Below, piece by piece: positions 54,321-64,000 of a DNA stretch of 64,000 nt. Position 1 is the stretch's first letter. Each line of letters begins with the position of its first letter. The position numbers and the translations under genes are program-made. The stretch is from Negaprion brevirostris (Eukaryota): assembly GCA_030324005.1 (NCBI GenBank), contig JARDVH010000163.1:105294764-105358763 (forward strand), given 5' to 3'. The notes under the pieces are model-generated. The model was not told the DNA's origin and made no database searches. It worked only from the letters and a program-made list of their open reading frames with translations.

Positions 54321-57300
54321 AATTAGGCATTGCTGGAGCAATGAAATCTTTTATTTGCACAGCACAAATCCATATTACAGACCTACAAAGAGACACCAGT
54401 TACTGAGCAGCAATAGAATTAAACATTAGCTAGAAACTAAACCATTTAGACATTAAAAGTGAATTGCAGAAGGAAGCAACCAAGACAATGAACTACATAC
54501 AATTTCTTTTGGACAGGTAGTGGATTTAACGGAGTGAAAATTTTCAGTCTTGGATCAAAAATACTTCAGTGCTGCATCAGGCTGCAGCACACATTGCACT
54601 GAGCACAACTTATGCATCAAGTGCAAACTAGAGCGTGTTTGAATTTTTAGGAATCATACTTTTTTCATGTGCCTTCACCTTAAATGTTCTCTTCCCTAGT
54701 GCACATTTTATAAACACCAGGATGCAAGCAAGCTGGAGATTCCAGATTTGTTAATGGTACATTCTAAAAAGGACTCAAACATGAATGAGAGTTCTCTTAA
54801 CATAAGTATTGAATTTGATGTTTTCCCCAGGAATCTTAGCTATAAAGATGTTCCTGTATTAAGAGGTGAGTGAAAGAATCTAGCCATTTTGCACCAGAAT
54901 TAAAAATGATAAACTAAGGGTTATACAGCTTCACCATGATTGATGTGCAAGACTACACAGGAAAGATGGTCGTAAAAATATTTAAGCCAAAGTGTTTAAG
55001 ACCATCTGCAACTTTTCAACAAATCAAGTGTCCAATTCAGATCTTGCACAATGCATTCTGCATGCTAGTCAATCTGCAATGGATCTTTTAGGACTCTTTT
55101 GGAACACCCATGATACTTACTCTAGCTTGGCAACTGGAAGAATTCAACACCAACATGTTATTAACCAAGTCTTTTGGTACATTTATCTTTCCAATGCTCA
55201 AAACATGAGGACTTTAGAACAGGTACACATTATACTGGTTGCAGAAATTCAGATTTTTAAGGAGGTACAAATGCAAGGTTATTGCAGCTTGAATTGACAG
55301 TTATTCCATTAAAGTTTAATGCAAGACTATTTGATTTAATAAGTCATGTGCTGCCCTCAAACATGCAGTTGCCAAGTATTAAATTGAAATTTGCAATTTT
55401 TGCCCACAAGTACTACACATCTAAAACAAATGGCATTATACAAAGCTTAATCCATTTTAAACACCAAAACATGTTTAAAAAATTGCAGATATTAAAAGTT
55501 CCCTCCAATGGGCATAACACATTTGGGTCTTTATTGGGTCAGGTGCATGTAGTTGCAAAGTGTAAAAACTCACAATATAGCTTCTTGGAGCTGTATGCCA
55601 AGATGGCAAAAGTCAGCACAGGACAAACTCGCAATTCACACAGATGTGTGATAAATAACTATAACAAAGCAGTCAATGTAGGTGTTAACTGCTATGCAAA
55701 GAACGATGGAAGAAAATAGTACCCAAGTAGTGTGTCAATACTTTTTTCCCCCTCCAGAGAACTTGGAGTCACACAGCTGAAGATCAACTGAATTTTAGAT
55801 TTAAATCCTCAGGCAAATACAGCAATGAATCTGACTACATTGGGGTACCATTCACATACACACAGGGCAGGGTAGGTGTAGGAAAATGCTTTGTTGAAGG
55901 GGCAGCGTGGGCTTGTTGGGCCGAAGGGCCTGTTTCCCACGCTGGGTTGTTCTTTGTTAAGTTGGATTAAGCATTTTAATAAAACCCAGAGACCTGGATT
56001 GGGAGCAGAGATTTTTAAAACCCCCCCTCCAAATACCTGGAGACAGTCAAAATGCCGGTCTCATCAAGCTGACTCCTAACATGTAACCAGTGACAGCAAT
56101 GGTTTCTGGACTTAATAGTAATGAAAGGAGCCTCCCCTTCAAACACACAGGAAGGTCATTAGTTACCAGAGACCACAGAAGTCTGGACATAAAATGCCAT
56201 TGTAGAAGTTCATAGCAGCCAAAAATATCAGTGATTTAGTCCTAAAGTCTTCAAGTATATAAAAGAATGAAAAAATTGTACAACCTTTATGAACTGAAAA
56301 TTCTACAACCTGAGTATTTTACTTAATATATTTCACTGTTCCTTCTCTGGAAGTTTTTCTACAAAACAGAAAACCACGGATCACACTGACTAAATTACAC
56401 CAACTACAGTAATCCCTTTGATACAACCTTCCCTGGGCAAGACCAGTCGTTCATTTCTCAAAATAAACATACCTATTAATCATTCATTTAAAGGAGCTTT
56501 GTTCTAATAGGGGAATGAGAGAATTATTATTACAAGGAAAGTTTCAACAGCATCAACTGGTGTAACTTTTCCCTCTTATCTGAATATACAGCATGGGTGG
56601 AGTGGAAGAGGCAAGTTACTTCCTGAAATAGGAAACACTAGTATGTTTTAAACCAGCCACACCTCGACAAGCCTTGAATGTCAGCAGGTTTGTTTTCGAC
56701 AGCAATGATGCAAGAAGGTCACAATGCACGCCAAGTCTTGATGTATTAAGTCTCATGCAGAACCAATGTGGCTTTCAACAAGAAAGTCGAAATTCAGAGA
56801 GAGTGTAGCTGGTCACAACTTCAGCACGTTTTAAAAAAAAACAGCCTTTACCAGCAAGTGGAACTTCAAGTGCAGAAACTAATTTTCAGAGTGCACTATG
56901 GTGACACATCAGAATGTTGACAACAACAATAAAACCCACATTTTGCCACCAAGGAATGAACAGCATATCCTGCCAAATATTTTACCATCATGTTTAATTT
57001 TGAATATATAACAAAACACACAAACATAGCCCTAATTCAACATTACTTTAAAATGAACTTGAGTTAGAGAGAAAGAAAATCCAGAAAAAAAGGTGGAAGT
57101 TGCTATGCAAGTTGCCAGGGCTTGATCTTAGCACGTAACATTACTGCCAGCCATTCAACAAAAGCAGCTGTGAGTGAAGCTCTTTGTACCTAGCTAAATG
57201 CATTCCATGCTGATGAAATCACTTTTCCTGCAAGTGGGATGAAAGCTCAGGTCACCAAGAGCAGACGCTTAATCCAACTGCTTGCAATTTGTCCTCCATC

Positions 57301-58764
57301 CATGGATTTCAGAATCCTTAGCTGCAAGAAGAGTTGAACTCTACCATGGATTCATTCACTACAGACTGTTGATAGGAAAGCATCCAAGAGATTGGATCAA
57401 AAAAAATTTAAAAAGGATACACAGCCTAAGACCAAATTCACATAAGCAGTTAGTTAGAAGGAGCAAGTGGTTTGTATTTTGCCTTAGGGGGTGCGAAGAT
57501 GCTCAAGGAGTGTGGAGGTCTTGTATACATGAAAGATGCTCACCAATGAGGTTGTTTGTATGTATGTGGGGAAGAAAGCACAGGAGGAGAGATTAAATGA
57601 TGCAAAAGTATGAGAATTTATTCGAGGATAATAATTTTAGCAGGAAATATTGCACACACTGGAGCCACAGTAGGAGAGAAAGAACAGAAGCAAGCATAGG
57701 GACATGTCAGATCAGGGTAAAGCCTCAATACCCATTTAAGTATCACATTTGGAGATGGCAAAGGATTATGTAGTAGAGCACAAAATAGGTCATAGTTCAA
57801 AATGCTGTTAATGCTCCATCCATCATCTCAGCCTTTCAGTACATCTTATTCCCATTTCTCTTTTGTCTTTGTTTAAAATGTTCCTTCTAGGACAGAGTAT
57901 TTTATGTTCTATCCACTCATGGAAAGGCATTTCTACATGTCCTATTAAGGAAATAATTAAAAGCCCCAAACAATTCACTCTTCCAATGGGTGTAATTTGT
58001 TTTGCATCAGTCCTTCCAATTTTGTTTGCCACTGCATAGCTCTGGTGTCCATAATGTAAAAAAAAGACAAAGCACTGGAGAGTTAATTGAATTATCAGGC
58101 TGCACAAAAATCAATACTTTTGAATTCTACATCCTTAAATGAACTGTAATGTTGATAACTGACTTGCAATACAGGTTTTAAATCTGTATTCAGAGATCCA
58201 TTTGTTCTTTTATCCCAGTCTCAAGTTGGAGGTGATGTTTCTATTTTGCCCTACCAATGGACATAACTTCAGTTCATTTGACACATCACTGCTCATTATG
58301 AGTTTCTAATTTCTTCTGCCATTGTGTTGTCTTTGCCCATGTCAACTACAGCAATATCTATGCCCCCAGACCCTAGCAGCACCCTACATGAGCATTAGTG
58401 GCAGGTGGGTTGAGACAGTTTATGGAGAGGCTTGAAGTAAGCAGTCTACACTGGTGTGAATGGAAGCTCAATTAAGGTTCCAATAAAGATACCAAGGTTA
58501 CAAATAGTCTGCTTCATATTTTACATGAAATATAGGGACCCAAAGTAATAGCTACAGTTCAATATTTAACTGAAAATGGTTGTTTAATCATGATTGGATA
58601 TTAGACAGAAGCAGTGGACGAGTTGGAAAAGTGAAAACTTGGAAGCTTCTGATGTCTGGATGATGTTACTGCAGAGCATCATTAATCATAGAACTCCTTC
58701 ACTGAAGGAACAGGCCATCAAATTTGCACCAACTCTGCACAGCAGCATCCCACCCACTCCCTGC

Positions 58765-58995
58765 ATGGTGGCACAATGATTAGCACAAATCTAGGTTTGA
58801 TTTCCAGCTTGCACATTCTCCTCGTGTCTGTGGGTTTCTTATGGGTGCTCCAGTTTCCTCCCACAATCTGAAGAATGTGCTGGCCAGGTGCCTCAATCGT
58901 GCTAAATTCTCCTTTGGTGTACCCAAACAGGCAAATTGTGACGACTAGGGGATTTTCATAATAACTTCATTGCAGCATTAAGGCAAGCCTACTTG
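58765..58995 (+). mobile_element. tRNA-SINE, alternative-tail type
   Basis: atggtggcacaatgattagcac head; gactaggggatttt..aagcctacttgtgact tail. Confidence 0.68.
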
Positions 58996-60296
58996 TGACT
59001 AGTAAACAAACTTCAACCCTTGCACATTTATTATGGCTAATCCACCTAATCTACACATCTTTGGACAAAAGGACAATTTCAGCTCCTTGAAGAGCATGTT
59101 GATAGTGGTGGAAGCAATCACTACTGGAGTTGCTCAGACCACAACTGGATAGACAAGAAGGGAATCAAAGACAACCCCACTCAATTGGAGAACTGTAGGA
59201 GCATTGAAAGATGTGGTTGATCTGTTAAAGGCTGCAGACAAGGAGAGAAACTGCACTGTTAGAGGATGCAATTTGTAACTGGTTAGAGTGGTTTCAATAT
59301 ATGGTCAGGACAGAGATTCAAACATACTTGTAGGAAAGATAAGTGGTTTTAGAAGCTGGCTACTTAATTTCCCTATCCTCATCACCTACTGCTTCATCTA
59401 AAATAGCTTAGTATCTCAACACACCACAACAGCATCCTATGAATCTACAGGGATACTCTTATGGTTTTTGAATCAGGCCCATCATCTGCAAAGCCCAATA
59501 TTCAACCTGCATTACTTTCTGGGAATTCATTGAAATATCTACACACTTCAGGATGATTTATAATCAAGACAACTTGATAACTCAAACAAAAGCAAGCCGT
59601 AAACAGCCTATCCAGAAATATACATGTTAATACCATCAAGTTGGAACTTGTTCTATGGCTGGCTAATTAAAATAAATGTTACTAGTTTAATGTTCACCAA
59701 TATAATTATATGAATCAGTCTTGATTTAGTATTCAATGAAGGAAGCAAACAAGACATGTGCAAGACCTTGAAAGATTGGTCAGGAGCAAGAATTCAACCC
59801 AGGTAGATGTAATCCAGATTCTATTAAAAAATAGTTGAAAAGGTACTTAGGATCTAGTATAAGAATTGATCAGAAAGGCAGCAGCTCCGATTACACTACT
59901 GAGATGAATTTTTACAGCTATTCATCAAGTGGGAATTCAGAAATTACTTTTACCGGTATTTGCCACTGGTGGAAAATACACAAAGATACTAATCAAGTTT
60001 AGGGTAATTACTTAGTGCCACTGACAACCACATTTTTGTAGTTAGTAATTCTGCTCAAAAGGGGTAGTTAACTTTAAACTACTCAAGTCAAGAAGGCACG
60101 TGGGGCATGTATTAACATTCCAAAGAGTTACTACCTCAGCAGACTGACGGCCAATTCTCTGCACTACTCATCCACATTTGCATGTCTNNNNNNNNNNNNN
60201 NNNNNNNNNNNNNNNNNNNNNNNNNNNNNNNNNNNNNNNNNNNNNNNNNNNNNNNNNNNNNNNNNNNNNNNNNNNNNNNNNNNNNNNNNNNNNNNN

Positions 60297-60530
60297 CCAA
60301 TATTTCTTGCCCATCCCTAGTTGCCTTTGAGGTGGTGGTAGCGAGCTGCCTTCCTGAACTTCTGCAGTCCACACAGTGTAGGTACAACCACAGTGCTGTT
60401 AGGAGGGAAGTCTAAGATTTTAACACAGTGATGTTAGTTCCATCAGGATGACACATGGCTTGCAGTGGTGTGCCCATGCATCTGCTTCCTTTGTCCTTCT
60501 AGACAGTAGAGGTTGTGGCTTTGAGGTGTT
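60297..60530 (-). mobile_element. Same LINE family 3' end, inverted
   Basis: gcccatccctagttgcctttgaggtggtgg..ttctgcagtcc..acagtgctgttaggagggaa. Confidence 0.55.
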
Positions 60531-61925
60531 GGAGTATCAGCCATCAGATAACTAAAGATCAAATGTGAACACAAGCTCTCAAATCGCAATGCAAGTGCGA
60601 CAAGGCTGTAACACCAGGCTAGTTGGTATTTAAGGGTCTTACCAAGATTAGACAATAGCTAGAAACTAATCTCAATTTATGCAGAATGGAAATACTAAAT
60701 TCTAGATTATACTAAATGGAAGTTAGACAATTAAATTGCAGTTCTAAAAGAGACTTCCAAAGCACATTTTGCCCCAAGCAGTGACTGGAGTCATTCTACC
60801 ATAATTCTATAAATTGCTAATCTCAGCTGCATTTAAACTTCCATCCTGGATAGTTCAGGGAGAGGAGAGGAAAGGTGGCATTTCTGCAATAAGTAACTGG
60901 AAATTCAGAGTGCTTGCTTAGTTAAGAATACTGCATGTAGTGTGTCCTGAAGGAACCATTCTTGAACTATACTTTAATGAACGATCAAAGTTGGATTCTT
61001 ATCTTCTGCATTATACAAAAGCAGGCTTGAAGTTAAGTATTGCAAGTCACCAACCCATACCCATTACTCAGTCTATCAAATTTCATTGCATTACTCATTT
61101 TTCCCCAATCCATCACAAAAGATTTCAAAATGCTCAAAAAGGCAGCTATTTAAGGGTTATGGGGAATTAAGGACAAGGGAAGAGCTTTCAAGTGCTTGCG
61201 TTTTCAGCTATTGATAAAGGGTCTTAATGTGAAAAGTGTTGTGACAATGTTTACTTTTCCAACATCTCGTTGTCACTATGCAATAGTGGGTGAATGGGCA
61301 TTTAAATACAGCACAATCTTTGAACTTGAAGGTTCCCCTCAAGCAGACTATAGCTTGCAGTACAATGAACCACAACTTGAATTGTGGAGGACAGGACATC
61401 ACTGCAATGGAGCCACACATGTCAGCTTGCAGGCTCAGACAAACCAGTCCCTGCCACCAGGAATGCTGGGAAGGGGTAGAGTGTCATGTGAAGTTCCAGA
61501 ATCTGGTTCTCACTGCCATTTTCACGCCTCCATGGATTTTCTGAAACACAGCCCAGAAGGATAATGTCACCCTAAAAAGATTACTTGAGTTTAAAAACAC
61601 ATTCATCTAACTTAAAATTGAATAAGTTACATCTGGACTATTTTTAGATGAATGCAAGTTAACTCAAGGCAGCTAGAAACTGAACCATGGATGTTGCTGT
61701 GAAAACAATTATGCACATTGAAATTAGGTATGAAGTGTCAGTCCCATCCAGCACACCTTTACCCCCAATATACTAGCAGTATTGACTTGTCCAGTTGCTC
61801 AATTTCACAATTTAGTGATGTTTACTTAACTGTTGGTCTTTATTTTTATTCCAATTCAAATCAAGTCCAATTCAGAGTCTTATACATTTTAGCTTAATTT
61901 GAAGCAACTTTTTATTTTAAAAGTG

Positions 61926-61958
61926 GCATCTCGGCCTTTTGGCTAAGATGCAAGTGAG
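61926..61958 (+). pseudogene. U2 snRNA 5' fragment (about nt 4-36)
   Basis: 21-nt exact match TCTCGGCCTTTTGGCTAAGAT to U2 nt 7-27, then g-CAAGTG. Confidence 0.8.
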
Positions 61959-61980
61959 ATCAAGCCTTGGAGGATGTGCA

Positions 61981-62263
61981 ATGCCTATTCCAATCAGCTT
62001 GGGTCATGTAGATCAAAGCCCAAGACAGGTGATAAGAGCCCTGTCTTGTCACCTTGGATCAGGAGTGTCTCAATTTGTTGAAACTCTGAATTGGAATAAA
62101 AACAATCCAATCAGGTCAAGTCCAATCCAGACTCTCAACAAGTGAGACATTCCTGATCCAAGTTGATAGGTCATGATGTGGGTATGCTGGCGTTGATAAG
62201 ACAGGATTCTCACCTCCTGTCTTGAGCTTGACCTACATGATCCAAGCTGACTGGAGTAGGCAT
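61981..62263. repeat. Long imperfect inverted repeat (~115-bp arms) directly downstream of the U2 fragment
   Basis: Left arm 61981-62095 aligns to the reverse complement of 62121-62263 (roughly 85% by eye, 30-nt insertion in right arm). Confidence 0.85.
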
Positions 62264-62587
62264 AGCTCCTCAAAACTGTTGGTCTCTGAAATGGATGAAA
62301 TCTGGGAGGACCCACTCGAAGCAGATTTAAATGACAGATTGATAAGTAAAGTTGTGTTATCTGATTGTTTAGATAAAGATACCTTTGGTTTGGCTTTCAT
62401 TTAAGTACTGCAAGTGATTTATCTACACCATTCAGCCCCTTTTCTAATTGTAGAAAATCTCACTAAATTGTTCAGTATAAACAATAAGTAATTGGTTACA
62501 ATTTGGAGGCCCAATTGGGTGTACACTCATCTTTCCACTTCAATGCAAGGGTTGTGCAACATTTATGATAATTGTCAAAGATCAGCA

Positions 62588-62760
62588 AGTCACAATGCCA
62601 GGTTAAAGTCCAACAGGTTTATTTGGCAGCACAAGCTTTTGGAATCTCAGGCTCCAGCCCAAAACTCCAAAAGCTTATGCTGCCACAAACCTGTTGGACT
62701 TTAACCTGGCAGTGAGACACCTTACTGTGTTTACCCTTGTCCAACACTAGTATCTCCACA
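62588..62760. mobile_element. Same family, palindromic copy lacking ribozyme cores
   Basis: gccaggttaaagtccaacaggttt / aaacctgttggactttaacctggc; ends in tatctccaca. Confidence 0.75.
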
Positions 62761-64000
62761 AAGATGGCAGCAAAGGATTGTACTGCTCAGATAGAGTCCA
62801 AAAAGTAATAGAAAATATATGGTTCAAAGAATTTTGTGAATCTCAAATTTGTGAACTTTAGTTTTACATAGCCTGGAAGTTAAATAAGAAAAAAAAAAAT
62901 CAGGTAATGCTAAAAAGGTGTAGATGGGGAAGGGAGATGGGGGAAAGAAGATAGATCTGATCAGATCTGCTTTCAAAGCTGAAGTTTAAAATAGTTAATG
63001 CAGCAAACTTAAATTTTTGCACAAGTGCTGTTGTACATGTTTAATTCTCAATAAATTATGCTTCATAAATTCATGGATATCTACCTGTAATGCTGTAAAC
63101 CAAATACTTATGTTTCAAGAAGCTTCCCAGTGGACCTGCTCAGACAAATTCAAAGCTATATTTGGATAGACTGGACTTATTCATAAATCAAGTATGAAGA
63201 AATTCCAGTGCTTAAAAACAAAATTCATCTAGGAAGATACAATTGTTGAATGGGACTCAATTAGTTCAACTGACCATGAAATTAAAAGTGAAAATGAACT
63301 GGAGATCCATAAATTACAGATGGAGATGGTCACTTGTTTCATTTTCTGCTGTATCAAGATTGATCTTTGGCAACTATTAAAGCAAAACAGTCCTTACAGT
63401 TCTTTATGGCCTCAGGACACCAAGACACTGCATTGGCACAATAAGTGCAGTTATAACATCAAACAGCCAAAATGCCATTTGCTGCTCAAGATAATTACCC
63501 ATTTGTTATATTTGAGAAAGGACTAGTCAGTGATTTGAATTAATCCAGACTATTTTGAATAGTGTCACCTGATCTGCTGTGGATAGATGGGATCTCGGCT
63601 ACAACTTGAACAGTATCACTTCCCCTGCACAGAACATGCCTAGGCTGTCAAGACTAGTCCTTTCCAAGGGTGCAAACTATTACAGATTAATTCTGCCTCT
63701 GAAGTATAATTCCTTCCACATTTAAATACATTCTAAAAGCAGAGACAAGTGAAAACTTTTCAAAAATGACCTTCTCTAAAAGCAGAGGTTAACTTAGTAG
63801 GTCAAAACAAGTCTTCATGGTGCATCAACTGGACCCACATGCACTGCTGGAATTCTATTGCAAGCATGTTTTACCAGATACTATACTACCCACATCAGGC
63901 TGAACACAAGTCTCCAATTTTGAATTAAAGAATCAAGTACTGTATTAATTTTAGAATTGAGATTTATCCAAGTTAATAATTTCCTCTCCACCATGTTTCA

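Larger units (their letters stand above)
1..64000 (-). other. FLNB: Filamin-B gene, partial (intron 1 through intron 31); exons encode the CH2 part of the actin-binding domain, Ig-like repeats 1-15, hinge 1 and the start of repeat 16
   Basis: In-frame chain of exons with filamin repeats (GPGL, SPF motifs). FLNB identity comes from exon lengths, the hinge-1 ending PPGFQPW, the WRSPLK cassette exon and KPFDIVIPFA in exon 31. Confidence 0.93.

Noticed and set aside
56580-56700. ETS/KLF-like motif cluster in intron 1 as a possible enhancer
   Set aside because: Short motifs cannot be distinguished from chance without conservation or chromatin data
61926-62110. Functional U2 snRNA gene
   Set aside because: Similarity stops near nt 36; branch-point-pairing region disrupted and no Sm site or 3' stems
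1-64000. Prokaryotic systems (CRISPR arrays, operons) and the conserved FLNB Q/R editing site
   Set aside because: Sequence is a spliced vertebrate gene with no spaced repeat array; the editing exon (repeat 22) lies outside the window

Overview
AT-rich vertebrate genomic DNA, most likely from a shark/elasmobranch, judged from HE1-like tRNA-SINEs, CR1 and Penelope repeats. It is a draft assembly with many N gaps. The whole window lies inside one minus-strand gene, filamin-B (FLNB). I read 30 core exons (2-31 in human numbering, including the hinge-1 cassette exon 30) directly from splice sites and frame. All but exons 10 and 30 match the human FLNB exon lengths as I recall them. Exon 1 lies right of the window (intron 1 >23.8 kb) and exon 32 onward lies left of it. 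Gene-level highlights are an unannotated cassette exon homologous to the human 31-aa FLNB insert, a Gln-rich hinge-1 exon with QKI/RBFOX motifs, and a GC-AG intron. The most unusual non-coding signals are (i) a family of short palindromic Penelope-derived elements carrying minimal hammerhead ribozyme motifs, one with an intact core, and (ii) a U2 snRNA 5'-fragment joined to a ~280-nt branched inverted repeat, bracketed by a 12-bp direct repeat. Most short ORFs in the track are intronic noise. Repeat boundaries are approximate.
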